DNA of 64,000 bases from an uncultured Candidatus Saccharibacteria bacterium (GTDB lineage: Bacteria > Patescibacteriota > Minisyncoccia > Phycocordibacterales > UBA918), in assembly GCA_964353135.1 (NCBI GenBank), contig CAYGTV010000001.1, forward strand, positions 216,217 to 280,216, given 5' to 3'. The notes beneath the pieces were generated by a model. The model saw nothing but the letters and a program-made list of their open reading frames with translations. It did no database searches and was not told where the DNA came from. The position numbers and the translations under genes were made by a program. Positions 9,833 to 20,309 of this stretch are shown here, piece by piece (positions within the stretch are counted from its first letter, which is position 1; every line of letters begins with the position of its first letter).

Positions 9833-11251
9833 CTATTTGTTAGGGATAATGCTGCTGGTTGGCCCTGCGGTTCCTTTCTCATACGAGTGAAGTGGTAGGT
9901 CGTGCCAAGCTTCTAAAATTGGTGTGATGAATTCCCAGGCCGCGAGCACTTCATCAGTTCGGGTAAACAGCATCTGGTCCCCTGCAATTGCATCAAACAG
10001 TACTTTCTCGTAAGAATTTTTAATCTCGGCATTTCCTTGGTTGCAAGTAAATGCCAGTTCTCGAGTTTCTAGTTGGAACCCAAGGCCAGGTGCTTTGGCG
10101 TCGAGTGTGACACTCATGGTCTGTTCTGGAGAAATGGTTAGCTTGACCTCGTTCCCCGTAGTCACACATGATTTTGTTTCAAACATGCCAGTAGCTACAT
10201 CTTTGAACTTGATGGTTACTGACACTTCAGAGGTGTTTAGAGCCTTACCAGACGTAATATAAAATGGCACACCTTCCCACTCTGGCATGTCTAGCTCGGC
10301 TTCTAACTCAAAGTATGTCTCAGTCTGTGAGTCGTCAGGGATATTTTCATTGGTCCGGTAGTCAGTGTACTGGGCTCTCACTACTGATTTGCTTAGGTCG
10401 TCAGTATCAAGTGGCTTGAGTGCCTCGAGTGCACGACAGCGCTCGGTTCTGATGGCTTCTACGTCAAACGATGCTGGTTGCCGCATAGCTACCAGTGCGA
10501 GTAGTTGTAGGAGGTGGTTTTGACCAACATCGCGGAGCGCACCTATCCCTTCGTAAAACCCTGCTCGCTCGCCGACGTCGATCGCTTCTGTCATGTTGAT
10601 GTGGACTGACTGGATGGCTTCCTTGTTCCAGGCAGCTTGCATAAGGACGTTTGCAAACCGAAACGAAAGAATGTTTTGCACGGCTTCTTTGGCTAGGTAA
10701 TGGTCGATCCGAAAAATCTGATCTTCTCGGTATAGTTCTGACAGTTGCGCATCGAGTTCTTGGGCCGTTTCTAAATTGTGGCCAAAAGGCTTTTCTACCA
10801 AAATATGGGTCCAACTCCCCTCCCCTTCAGTCGCTATACCACTAGTTTTCAAATCAGAAAATATTTGCCCATAGTGGCTAGGTGGCACAGCAAGGTAAAA
10901 TAACCGGTTGCCGTGTATTTTGTTTGCTGTATCAAATGTAGTTACAGCTTGGTTGAGTCGGTCATAGGTTGTGATGTCGCTAAATGCTCCAGATACGTAC
11001 GTTACATGTTCACAGAACTGGGCAACGCTAGCCGGGTCATGATTGTGTTGCTTGTCGTGGGTAGTAATGGCTTGGCCTACAAACTCTCGATACTCATCAT
11101 CACTACGTTCTGAGCGTGCCAACCCGATAACACTAAAAGTATCAGGCAGCATACCTCGTGCAAACAAGTCATGAAGAGCTGGCAAAAGCTTCCTTTGACT
11201 CAGGTCGCCAGTTCCACCAAGGATGATAATTTGAGTTGGATTTTGCTTCAT
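9833..11251 (-). CDS. zwf: glucose-6-phosphate 1-dehydrogenase
   Basis: ILGGTGDLSQRKLLPAL N-terminal motif and RIDHYLAKE active-site motif. Confidence 0.9.
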   Translation of the reverse strand: MKQNPTQIIILGGTGDLSQRKLLPALHDLFARGMLPDTFSVIGLARSERSDDEYREFVGQAITTHDKQHNHDPASVAQFCEHVTYVSGAFSDITTYDRLNQAVTTFDTANKIHGNRLFYLAVPPSHYGQIFSDLKTSGIATEGEGSWTHILVEKPFGHNLETAQELDAQLSELYREDQIFRIDHYLAKEAVQNILSFRFANVLMQAAWNKEAIQSVHINMTEAIDVGERAGFYEGIGALRDVGQNHLLQLLALVAMRQPASFDVEAIRTERCRALEALKPLDTDDLSKSVVRAQYTDYRTNENIPDDSQTETYFELEAELDMPEWEGVPFYITSGKALNTSEVSVTIKFKDVATGMFETKSCVTTGNEVKLTISPEQTMSVTLDAKAPGLGFQLETRELAFTCNQGNAEIKNSYEKVLFDAIAGDQMLFTRTDEVLAAWEFITPILEAWHDLPLHSYEKGTAGPTSSIIPNK

Positions 11252-11290
11252 TAGTTTATTATACGTACAAATCCACTGTAACTTGCATTT

Positions 11291-12592
11291 CTATCGTGGA
11301 GGCAGATATAACATCGGGTCGATGTAGGCGCTGGTTGCAGCGGTTGGAGTAGTGGCCGGACCACAGCCGGTCACTGCCTTGATTTCGTTGAATCGTCGCA
11401 CAGATACACCTTCCTTGGCGTAGAGCGTAAAGTGGAGGTGAGGGCCAGTAGACAGACCCGTGTTGCCGATGTACCCGATGATTTCACCGGTTGCTACTTT
11501 TTGCCCTGGTGATACAGCGATCACATCCTGGTGGGCGTACATAGTTGAAAGTCCATTGGCATGGTCAACCAGGGTCCATTTACCCCATGAGTAACAACCT
11601 GGCACCGCGTCAGTATTCCCTACAGCGCGAACTGTCCCCGCTAGAGGTGCTTTGATTGGTGTACCTCGCGGTGCACCAAAGTCCACCCCGGGGTGATACG
11701 CACGTCCATAGATTCCTGGGTTACGGGCAGCAAATTCAGTCCCGCCAAATAGCTGGGTAATGATTACATTATCAACTGGCCAGTTAAACACTGGTGTTCC
11801 AGGTGCTGGGATAGTGTTTGGATCCAAGATGAATTGTAGTTTTGATTCAAATTCGCGCAGCTCCCGTCTTATTTCTTCTCGAGCGGCTTCTTGCTCGGCC
11901 AGTAGAGCCTGATATTGTGCCTCTTCATTTCTGGTGGCTGATAGTAATTCTGCTTGTTCAGTTCGGCTATTAACCAGTATTTCGTTTTGGTCAGTGTACT
12001 GATCTTTGAGGTCACCAAGCTCGTTTCGCTTTGATTCGTTTTGTGAGCGTCTCTCTTCGAGTACAGTTTGGAGTTGGTCTAATGTAGCCACTTTTGAAGC
12101 CATTTCATTTTTGATACTGTCAAAGGTATCGATTTCGGTCCAAAATTCAGAGAGGCGTTCATTTTTCAGTAGCATCTCTATCAAGGACTGTTGCTCAGCT
12201 TGGTACTGAGAGCGGATAATTTGCCCGATGGCTGATTCGGTGAATTCTATGTCGTCTTCGGTCCGAGTGATTTCTAGGATCAGTTTGTTGATCTCCAGAT
12301 CAGTTGAAGAAATGAGTGACTCCGTCTTACTGATCTCGGCATTCACTTTCTTCCGCTCTGTTTCTAGTCGGTTGATGGCCGATTGTAAGGTGGTTTTTTC
12401 AGCTCCCACTACTTGCAGCTCGGCTTCGTACTTGGCAATCTCTCGTTCAATGTCACCAAGTCGATCGTTTCTTTCAGCAATCTCGCCTTGGAGTTCTGCA
12501 ATCTCGCTCTGAGCAAATGCTTCGTGGGTATACGACAAAGAGACTGGAATAACCAGCCCGATCATAAAGGCTACGAGCACATGGCGTGTCAT
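11291..12592 (-). CDS. M23 family peptidoglycan metalloendopeptidase with N-terminal coiled-coil (EnvC-like)
   Basis: Signal/TM start, long Glu/Leu-rich coiled-coil, C-terminal HPGVDF...HLHF M23 motifs. Confidence 0.85.
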   Translation of the reverse strand: MTRHVLVAFMIGLVIPVSLSYTHEAFAQSEIAELQGEIAERNDRLGDIEREIAKYEAELQVVGAEKTTLQSAINRLETERKKVNAEISKTESLISSTDLEINKLILEITRTEDDIEFTESAIGQIIRSQYQAEQQSLIEMLLKNERLSEFWTEIDTFDSIKNEMASKVATLDQLQTVLEERRSQNESKRNELGDLKDQYTDQNEILVNSRTEQAELLSATRNEEAQYQALLAEQEAAREEIRRELREFESKLQFILDPNTIPAPGTPVFNWPVDNVIITQLFGGTEFAARNPGIYGRAYHPGVDFGAPRGTPIKAPLAGTVRAVGNTDAVPGCYSWGKWTLVDHANGLSTMYAHQDVIAVSPGQKVATGEIIGYIGNTGLSTGPHLHFTLYAKEGVSVRRFNEIKAVTGCGPATTPTAATSAYIDPMLYLPPR

Positions 12593-14031
12593 GCACTTAT
12601 TTTATCACAAGCTGTATTAATCCGCGCCAGAGTTGTCTCTTTACCCAGTACATACGCACAAGTAAATGGATCTGGTGAGCGTTCGCTGCCGGAAAGTGAT
12701 ACTCGTAGTGGCCAGAGGAGTTCACCCTTCCCTATTTCCTCGGCATAGTCCCACATGGCTGCTTTGATGGTCTCAGGTGAGCTGAAATCTGCTTCTGCGA
12801 GTAGTTCGGCGGCTTGTTGTAGTCTGGGCACTGCAGCGGCTGCCGTATCGTCATTCTTCCATTTGAGGATCGCTGGATCATAGTCGATATCTTCAAATGC
12901 CCAATTGTACTCTCCTGCTTCAGCTGTTTGCATGATTTCGGTTTTATTGTGCACTCGCTCCAGGATCGTCGGTACTAGTTTTGCGAGTGTAGTTTTGTCG
13001 TGTTGTGGTAGCGCGTCAAATACATAGGCTTCTTTATCTTTGTCTGACAGTTTTTCAAGGTATTCCTTGTTCATCCACTGCAGCTTCTCTTCGTTAAACG
13101 CTCCACCAGATTTGTGGATTTTCTCGATTGTAAATGCTTTCATCAAACTTTCTCCAGGGAATAGTTCTTGATCCCCGCCTGGGTTCCAGCCGATCAGGGC
13201 AAGGAAGTTACGCATGGCTTCTGGCAGGTAGCCATCTTTGTCGTAATCAAGCAGGTCTTTAGCGCCATCTCGTTTACTAAGTTTCTTTTTGCCGTCTGGT
13301 CCCATGATCGGTGGCAGCGTCACAAACACTGGATATGGTATTTCCATGGCATCATAGAGGCTGAGGAACTTGGGTGTGCTAGAGATAAATTCTTCCCCCC
13401 GCATAACGTGGGTTACACTCATTTCGAGGTCGTCAACGATGTGGGCAAAGTTATAGGTCGGATACCCGTCAGCTTTCATGATCACAAAATCATCCAGTGC
13501 TTCTTCTCCGGCGGTTAGTTCACCACGCACGGCGTCGTGCCACGTGTAGCGCTTGATTTCCGGTGTTTTAAACCTGAGTGACTGTGTGCCGTCCCATTCA
13601 CCAAAGGTTTCTGGTCGATGATCACGAAACAGAAATGGTCGGTTCTCTGCCTGTGCCGCTTCACGAAAAGCTGAGAGTTCTTCGGCCGTATAAGGATCAG
13701 GATATGCGAGACCCTTTTCAACTAGCTGCTGGGCGTATTTCTGGTATGTCTCTAGTCGGTCTGATTGCAGGCACGAACCAAATTCAGCTGAAGGCTTGTC
13801 TGGTCCAAACTCCCACTTAATTCCCAACCATTGTAGTGAGTCCTGGATTTGTTGAATTGATCCCTCAACCTCGCGAGCCTTGTCGGTATCCTCGATCCGA
13901 AGGATAAAAGATCCATTATTTTTCTTGGCCCACAGATAGGCAAACAGCGCTGTCCGGACTCCACCAATATGTAAAAAGCCAGTTGGCGACGGGGCAAACC
14001 GAGTGACTACCTTCTGATTATTTTCGTTCAT
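12589..14031 (-). CDS. gltX: glutamate--tRNA ligase
   Basis: PSPTGFLHIGGVRTALF (HIGH) and KLSKR (KMSKS) class I motifs. Confidence 0.9.
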   Translation of the reverse strand: MNENNQKVVTRFAPSPTGFLHIGGVRTALFAYLWAKKNNGSFILRIEDTDKAREVEGSIQQIQDSLQWLGIKWEFGPDKPSAEFGSCLQSDRLETYQKYAQQLVEKGLAYPDPYTAEELSAFREAAQAENRPFLFRDHRPETFGEWDGTQSLRFKTPEIKRYTWHDAVRGELTAGEEALDDFVIMKADGYPTYNFAHIVDDLEMSVTHVMRGEEFISSTPKFLSLYDAMEIPYPVFVTLPPIMGPDGKKKLSKRDGAKDLLDYDKDGYLPEAMRNFLALIGWNPGGDQELFPGESLMKAFTIEKIHKSGGAFNEEKLQWMNKEYLEKLSDKDKEAYVFDALPQHDKTTLAKLVPTILERVHNKTEIMQTAEAGEYNWAFEDIDYDPAILKWKNDDTAAAAVPRLQQAAELLAEADFSSPETIKAAMWDYAEEIGKGELLWPLRVSLSGSERSPDPFTCAYVLGKETTLARINTACDKISA

Positions 14032-15130
14032 GTTCTTTGCCGATGGAAATTAGGACCGCTGCTAGTTTGCTGGCGGCATCAGGAATAAAAGAGGCTTTGG
14101 CTGCAGCTGACATAGCTGCTAGCTTCTGCTGATCACCCATAATAGTGTTAATTTCGTTTGCGAGCAAGTGGTCGGTGAGATTGTGCTCCTCGATAACGTT
14201 TGCTCCCCCTCCCCGGGCATAAGTATAGGCGTTGGTTCGCTGATCGCGGCTGACATCCTCTGGGATAGGTATAATGATAGCTGGTGTTCCAAAGTACGCT
14301 AGCTCAAACAGCGTGGTACTCCCAGCGCGAGTGATAACTAGGCTAGCTGCCTGCATCAGAGCAGAAACCGTGTGAACTGGGACAGTTTCAGCCACGTAGT
14401 AGCTAGACGCGAGGTCAGTTCCCTCTAGTAATCCTTGAGCCGTCTGCTGCACATTAGCAACCTGTGGACCAGTTTGGTGGAAAATCCGGTAGTACGGGAG
14501 CAGCTCGTCCAGACTGTTCAGAATAACGTCGTTTAATCGTTCTGCTCCTTGCGAGCCTCCTGTCACATAGATCAGAGGTTTATCGTTTGGAATCCCGACG
14601 ATACTAAGTGGGTCATCTAGAATATGTTTTAGTTCAGTTCGCAATGGAATCCCAGTCAGAGCAGTTTTCTCAGGCGGGAAAAAAGCCGCTGCTTCGTCAT
14701 ATGAAATAGCGATATAGCGAGCAAATTTCTTGGCCAGATCGTTGGCTTTTCCAGGGGTAGTGTCTGATTCGTGGATGACTACTGGGATTTTCAGAATTCG
14801 GGCAGCTAGTAGAATTGGGACTGCGGTGTAGCTGCCTTTTGAGAAAATAACGTCTGGATAAATGACATATAGTTTCCAGACAGCCATAAAGAAACCAAAA
14901 AAGGTTCGGAATAGATCAAAGAAATTTTGAATCGAGAAATAGCGACGAAGCTTTCCAGCTGGGACAGGTATATACTTGATTCGGTAACTTTTTAATTGCT
15001 CAAGGTCATATGGTGCAGGACCAAAATAGTATAGTTTTGGCGCTTGTGGGGTGTGGTTCAGCTCATCAGCCACAGCCATTAGCGGGTAAAAATGCCCGCC
15101 TGATCCACCACCGACTAATCCAATTCGCAT
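14018..15130 (-). CDS. murG: UDP-N-acetylglucosamine--N-acetylmuramyl-(pentapeptide) pyrophosphoryl-undecaprenol N-acetylglucosamine transferase
   Basis: GGGSGGHFYPLMAVA N-terminal motif, GT-B fold length; position after ftsW. Confidence 0.85.
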   Translation of the reverse strand: MRIGLVGGGSGGHFYPLMAVADELNHTPQAPKLYYFGPAPYDLEQLKSYRIKYIPVPAGKLRRYFSIQNFFDLFRTFFGFFMAVWKLYVIYPDVIFSKGSYTAVPILLAARILKIPVVIHESDTTPGKANDLAKKFARYIAISYDEAAAFFPPEKTALTGIPLRTELKHILDDPLSIVGIPNDKPLIYVTGGSQGAERLNDVILNSLDELLPYYRIFHQTGPQVANVQQTAQGLLEGTDLASSYYVAETVPVHTVSALMQAASLVITRAGSTTLFELAYFGTPAIIIPIPEDVSRDQRTNAYTYARGGGANVIEEHNLTDHLLANEINTIMGDQQKLAAMSAAAKASFIPDAASKLAAVLISIGKEHERK

Positions 15131-15152
15131 AGAGTTAGTTTATCACGATCAG

Positions 15153-16268
15153 CTATCGCCGTAGGCGGTATTTCGACACATTCAGGACAATCCCAAGTGC
15201 TGCCAGGGTCGACAAGAGCGCTGTCCCACCGTGACTGATAAATGGCAGTGGTAACCCAGACAGTGGAGCCACCCCAAGCATAGCTCCCATGTTGAGGAAG
15301 GCTTGGCACATGATCACGGTGATAATTCCAGTCACTAGTAGCACCCCAAACATGTCTGAGGCATTTTGGGAGATTTTGTACCCACGCAATGCAAATGCCA
15401 CAAATAGACTCAGCAGCACGATCACCCCAAGAAAGCCAAATTCTTCACTATAGACAGCAAAAATAGAGTCGCCAATTGGCTCTGGTAAGTATTCAAATTT
15501 CTGGATGCTTTGACCAAATCCACGACCGGCTACACCACCTGAACCTACTGCAATCAAAGACTGGTTGATCTGCCAACCGCTACCAAGCGGGTCAGCGGTT
15601 GGGTCCATAAATGTCATCAGTCGATCCATCACATATGGTCGCAGGACTGCCACGGCAGCAATGAGTGCAACTCCACATAACGCTAGGATAAGTAGATCTC
15701 GAAAGCGTGCCCCAGCAACAACAAACATTGCTAATCCACCAGCTGCCATAACCAAAAACGTGTCAGTATCCGGTTGTAAAAGCATAACAATCCCCGTTGC
15801 TCCGCTGATGACTCCAAACGGCACTAGCCCAAACCGCCAATCGTCTACGTGGCGATGCATGCCAGACAACCAAGTGGCGAGGTAAATTATGTAAGCCACT
15901 TTGAGAAATTCAGACGGCTGGACGGTTGTGATACCTAGGTCAATCCACCTAGTTGCACCCGCATGAGTCATCCCGACGCCTGGAATAAACACCGCCAAGG
16001 TAGCAATCAAACCAAAGAGGAAAATCCAGAGTGCATGTTTGCGATAGTGGCGATAATGAACGTTACTAAGTACCAGTAAAGCGATTGATCCCCCAAGGAT
16101 TCCAAACACAAACTGACTAAATGCAACCGAAGTAAACGATGCTCCTCCGCGTGCCAGTAGTCCTAATGATGCGGAAGAGAAAATCAGAAAACCAACCGTT
16201 ACCAAAGTCGCAATAAGCGCGAGGAATACCGTGTCCACACCTTGGGGCTTTCGATTGTTAGCACTCAT
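15153..16268 (-). CDS. ftsW: SEDS family peptidoglycan glycosyltransferase / cell division protein FtsW
   Basis: Polytopic membrane protein with SEDS signature region (GSGWQINQSLIAVGSGG...YLPEPIGDSIFAV). Confidence 0.85.
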   Translation of the reverse strand: MSANNRKPQGVDTVFLALIATLVTVGFLIFSSASLGLLARGGASFTSVAFSQFVFGILGGSIALLVLSNVHYRHYRKHALWIFLFGLIATLAVFIPGVGMTHAGATRWIDLGITTVQPSEFLKVAYIIYLATWLSGMHRHVDDWRFGLVPFGVISGATGIVMLLQPDTDTFLVMAAGGLAMFVVAGARFRDLLILALCGVALIAAVAVLRPYVMDRLMTFMDPTADPLGSGWQINQSLIAVGSGGVAGRGFGQSIQKFEYLPEPIGDSIFAVYSEEFGFLGVIVLLSLFVAFALRGYKISQNASDMFGVLLVTGIITVIMCQAFLNMGAMLGVAPLSGLPLPFISHGGTALLSTLAALGIVLNVSKYRLRR

Positions 16269-17323
16269 GCAGTGGTAGCGATAATTACTCCAACAATGGC
16301 GCAGATAATGCTGATGATCCAGTAGCGCATGGTGACTTTTTCCGAGGACCAGCCGATAGCTTCAAAGTGGTGGTGTAGTGGTGCGATCCTAAATAATTTT
16401 TTCCCAGTTGTTTTGCGGTACACTAACTGCAAGACGTTTGATGCAACTGTCGCCAGTAGTGGTAGTGCCACGATAAACATAAGTGCCACTCCATTTCCGT
16501 CTCCCAGCGAGTCTGTCATAAATACAACTACTGCTAGCGCTAGAGTCAGTGCCATTGATCCAGTTTCCGTCATCCAGAACCTGGCTGGTGGAATGTTGAA
16601 CCACAAAAAAGCCAGTATTCCACCAACCAGGGTGGCACAAAATGTTGCCAGTCCCACCTGGTCTTGCACGATTGCAATTCCGGCATAGGCCGCAAATACA
16701 CTCGCAAAAACTCCACCCGAGAGGCCGTCGATACCATCGATTACGCCGCTAGCATATAGTATCAAGGTAAGGATGATAAAGAACGGAATGATGAAAATTC
16801 CTAGTTCAATTGAACCATCGTAAGGAATATTGACGCTCGTCACTCCTAGCTTGTCATAGAACCACCAACCAAGTGAGCCAGCCAAAACCGAGATAATAGC
16901 GAGTCTGGCGGTCAGTCTCATCCCCTTGCCTCCATGTGTGACGTCGTATACATCGTTGAGGAATCCAAGCGCTGCACCGATAAACAGCGCTCCAGCTGGG
17001 ATGAGGGTCTGGGAACGTGTTAAGTAGTCCAGTGAAGCAAAAATAGTCCCAGGAAATATAGCCGCCAGTACGTAGGTCCCAACCAATGTAATCAGCACAC
17101 TTCCCCAGATGACAATCCCGCCCATGCGTGGGGTCCTAGTTTCATTCCCGCCTTTGAGGCGGTTGAACTCAGTGGCTTCATGGCCACCGATCGCTTTTTT
17201 ACCACCCTCTTTCTTCCAGACTTTATGCTTGTATAAAAAATGGGTAATGACCGGTGTAATCAAAACTCCTATAAAAAAGGTGATCAAGGCGGGGGCAAGT
17301 ACGGATACAAGAGTGCTAGTCAT
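16265..17323 (-). CDS. mraY: phospho-N-acetylmuramoyl-pentapeptide-transferase
   Basis: TPRMGG and DGIDGLSGG MraY motifs, 10 TM-like segments. Confidence 0.85.
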   Translation of the reverse strand: MTSTLVSVLAPALITFFIGVLITPVITHFLYKHKVWKKEGGKKAIGGHEATEFNRLKGGNETRTPRMGGIVIWGSVLITLVGTYVLAAIFPGTIFASLDYLTRSQTLIPAGALFIGAALGFLNDVYDVTHGGKGMRLTARLAIISVLAGSLGWWFYDKLGVTSVNIPYDGSIELGIFIIPFFIILTLILYASGVIDGIDGLSGGVFASVFAAYAGIAIVQDQVGLATFCATLVGGILAFLWFNIPPARFWMTETGSMALTLALAVVVFMTDSLGDGNGVALMFIVALPLLATVASNVLQLVYRKTTGKKLFRIAPLHHHFEAIGWSSEKVTMRYWIISIICAIVGVIIATTA

Positions 17324-17328
17324 GATAG

Positions 17329-18318
17329 TTATTCAGTTACAACCGAAGCTTGGACCGCTTCGATCAGCGTAAGGACGTCAGTAAACCTAGCGTCTCTAGT
17401 TGATCCAAGGACGGTAACAATGATCGGCCGGTCCAGCCCCAGGTTAAACGCAACAGTGAGGTTCCCTCCCGCTAGGTCTGTGTAACCAGTTTTTGACGCT
17501 AGCAAGTTTGGGATACGATTTACAATTGCATTAGTATTTTCGGCGTCATGATACATGCCGACCGAGTTATAGACCCGGGTTACCGGTTGTTGGGTGATTT
17601 CAATTAGCTCAGGATACTCCTCGATGATGTACTCGAGCAAGAAACTGATGTCTTTTGCGCTCCCTACTCCACCGGGAGTCGATGAGTTTAAATCAAGGCC
17701 GGTAGTGTTGGCAAACGCCAGTGAGTCTAGCTGTAGTTCGCTAGCACGAATGTTCATAGCAGCAATAAATTGTTGTGCTGGGTCGCGATCACCAAGTAGT
17801 GCACCAGCTGTGTTTGCGAGTGCAAATGCTGCGTCGTTGGATGATGAAACTAGTGCCAAGTAGTTTAGTTCCTCGATCGTCAGTGTCTCCCCGGCCACCA
17901 AACCGCTAGCTCCTTCTTGTCTGATTGCAGTCAACGGTAACGCTACGTCGGTTTGCTCACTGATCAGCTCATGGGTCACCAAGGCTGTCATTAATTTAGT
18001 GATCGATGCCAGCGGGAGCGTTTCTTTTTCGTTTTTCTTGTACAGGGCTCGTTGTCCTCTTACGTCCCATACGTAGGCTGCTGTGGCTTTGAGTGAGATA
18101 TCCTCTAATTGTATTGATTCGTCTGTTGGTTCGACGTCGCTCAGGTTCACCGTCGGACGAGTGGTCTGGTCCTCTGCTACCTGGCCTCGAACTGGGCTAA
18201 ACCACCAGAGTGAGCCGAACGTGATTCCTAAAATCAACGTCAGCACCACCAATTGCCCCACGATTGGAAAGTGGTTTTTTACATCTGGTTGCATATCAGG
18301 AATTAGTGGCATGGTCAT
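17329..18318 (-). CDS. D-alanyl-D-alanine carboxypeptidase (peptidase S11, PBP5-like)
   Basis: SITK (SxxK), SSND (SxN) and KTGYT (KTG) active-site motifs. Confidence 0.85.
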   Translation of the reverse strand: MTMPLIPDMQPDVKNHFPIVGQLVVLTLILGITFGSLWWFSPVRGQVAEDQTTRPTVNLSDVEPTDESIQLEDISLKATAAYVWDVRGQRALYKKNEKETLPLASITKLMTALVTHELISEQTDVALPLTAIRQEGASGLVAGETLTIEELNYLALVSSSNDAAFALANTAGALLGDRDPAQQFIAAMNIRASELQLDSLAFANTTGLDLNSSTPGGVGSAKDISFLLEYIIEEYPELIEITQQPVTRVYNSVGMYHDAENTNAIVNRIPNLLASKTGYTDLAGGNLTVAFNLGLDRPIIVTVLGSTRDARFTDVLTLIEAVQASVVTE

Positions 18319-18842
18319 ACAGTATCAGGTTGCTCGGAAAATGCATCAATTGCATCCATAAATTCACCAAAGTGAGGCAGCTCTTGTTTACTGGTTACTC
18401 CTAGGTGTTGTAATAAGGCTGGAGTGGTACGGAACTGGTGTGAGTTTTTAAGTGCGGTTCGTTCGATCAGTCCCCTGGTCATTAGGTTGCGCAGAATAAA
18501 CGCTGAATTCACACCCCGGATACGGTCGATCTCACCCCGGCTGATCGGCTCTCGGTATAGGACTATCGCTAGGGTTTCTGCCCCAGCCTTACCAATGTCT
18601 TGTGCTAGCTCCCCTTTACGTAACGCTTCGATCACCCCACTCATCTCAGGTGCGGTCACAAGCTGTAGTTCCAGGTCAGTTTCCATGAGTCGGATACCAC
18701 CTACCTCGAGTCTAGTTTTGAGTTGTGAAATAGCTGTCGCCAGATCTACTTCTGACACATCAAACATGTCGATCAGTTTCGACTTTTTTTGTGGCGCACC
18801 GGTGTAAAACAACACACCTTCTATCAGTGAGGCTAACGGCAT
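18315..18842 (-). CDS. scpB: segregation and condensation protein B
   Basis: ScpB winged-helix pattern (LIEGVLFYTG...GIRLMETDLELQLVT...REPISRGEIDRIRGV). Confidence 0.85.
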   Translation of the reverse strand: MPLASLIEGVLFYTGAPQKKSKLIDMFDVSEVDLATAISQLKTRLEVGGIRLMETDLELQLVTAPEMSGVIEALRKGELAQDIGKAGAETLAIVLYREPISRGEIDRIRGVNSAFILRNLMTRGLIERTALKNSHQFRTTPALLQHLGVTSKQELPHFGEFMDAIDAFSEQPDTV

Positions 18843-18895
18843 AGGTAACTAAAATATAGCATGACAGGCAGGTTTTAAAGGCTGTTCTGTACCCA

Positions 18896-19645
18896 CTAGT
18901 AGTAGGTAGGTGTCCCAGCTTTTTCTGACTCTAGGTGGATGTCTTCGAATCGCCCACTTTGGATAATGAGTATGTCTCCTTGTTTAAATAGTTCCAGGAT
19001 TGCCAAGAAACCAACAATCACGTTTTTGTGTTCGGGTTCGTCACGTCGGATGTCAGAAAAGCGTGTTCGAAGCTGCTGGGTGATCCGTTTTTGCAAACGA
19101 CTCATCATGTCTTCGAGGCTGATGGTTGGTCTAACGGTTGCCTTGGCTTTTGGGATAGTCTCTCGCGGTAGGTTATGTAGTACTCGAGTCATCGCCTCGC
19201 TCATCTCATCGAGTGTGCAATATCCGTCAGTTACAAACAGCGGTTCTCGTGGTGGCGTATATTGTGCTTCATAGAGCATGTTGTGTCCAAACATAACGTT
19301 GATTGGTGCAGCCGCGTCACGGTAGATCTGGTATTGGCGTAGGCGTTCGGTCAGATCTTCGATACTCCCCTCCTCTTCTTCAGTCAGCTCCAGGACTGGT
19401 AGGAGTGATTTTGATTTGATCAGCAATAGGGTCGCTGCCAGGGTAACAAACTGCACAGTGTTGGGCAGCGACAGTTCTTGCATCAGACTTACCCGCTGCA
19501 TGTACTCGTCAGTCACTGCAGCGAGCGAGATGTCGTTAATCAGTAACTTTCGTTTCTCAACTAACTCAATCAACAACTCCAACGGCCCTTCAAAGACCTC
19601 GGTCTTCACCGCAAAGTGTTGAGGATTGATTGTGATGGTATCCAT
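18896..19645 (-). CDS. scpA: segregation and condensation protein A
   Basis: FEGPLELLIELVEKRKLLINDISLAAVTDEY N-terminal ScpA signature. Confidence 0.85.
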   Translation of the reverse strand: MDTITINPQHFAVKTEVFEGPLELLIELVEKRKLLINDISLAAVTDEYMQRVSLMQELSLPNTVQFVTLAATLLLIKSKSLLPVLELTEEEEGSIEDLTERLRQYQIYRDAAAPINVMFGHNMLYEAQYTPPREPLFVTDGYCTLDEMSEAMTRVLHNLPRETIPKAKATVRPTISLEDMMSRLQKRITQQLRTRFSDIRRDEPEHKNVIVGFLAILELFKQGDILIIQSGRFEDIHLESEKAGTPTYY

Positions 19646-19654
19646 CTGTAAATT

Positions 19655-20305
19655 TTAACACGGGGAATCCTTGTAACAGCCTGCTTTGAAAGTTATCTCA
19701 GTCAAGATGTCATCAAAGCGCCAAACTAGGTCAAATTCTTCAATGTATTGTCTCCTGTGCTCTTTGTATTCATCACGTAACCAGCCTGAATTCTCAGTAA
19801 CAAATTTTGAACGCTCGATACCAGAGGTTTTATAAAGAAAATACCAGTGGAAAATTGGTTCTAGTTTATCCAAGGCTTTGACAAATCTTGCTTCTTTTGA
19901 ATCCAGTTTTTCAAACCCTGAGAACACATCCTGTAAGTCTTCTCTCATATGGATAGGTGCAGCGTTAACTATCTCTTGTTCTGCTTGTAACTCCGCTTGT
20001 TTATGATCTTCGGTTTTAGTCTTGGTTGTCATATCATCAACAATTGCTTCTGCCATATCGTGCCAAGTGATATATCGTTTAACCTTTAATGCATCAAGAT
20101 CTAAATACAATGGCAAAAAGTAATCAGCCATAACATGCATTCCGTAGATGTGTTCAGCAACTGACTCCAGTATGTCTCGTTCAGAATTATTCTGTCCCCA
20201 GCGCAGTGTATGTTTTAGGTTGTAGTAAATCGCAAATTGCTCTAGTTCTTGATTAATAAATTCATCGTCACCTAGAATTTTTTGTTTAATTTGCTTAATA
20301 TCCAT
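19655..20305 (-). CDS. HD-domain phosphohydrolase, YfbR-like 5'-deoxynucleotidase
   Basis: RW...ESVAEH...H..AD HD-domain pattern resembling YfbR. Confidence 0.65.
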   Translation of the reverse strand: MDIKQIKQKILGDDEFINQELEQFAIYYNLKHTLRWGQNNSERDILESVAEHIYGMHVMADYFLPLYLDLDALKVKRYITWHDMAEAIVDDMTTKTKTEDHKQAELQAEQEIVNAAPIHMREDLQDVFSGFEKLDSKEARFVKALDKLEPIFHWYFLYKTSGIERSKFVTENSGWLRDEYKEHRRQYIEEFDLVWRFDDILTEITFKAGCYKDSPC

Positions 20306-20309
20306 AACT

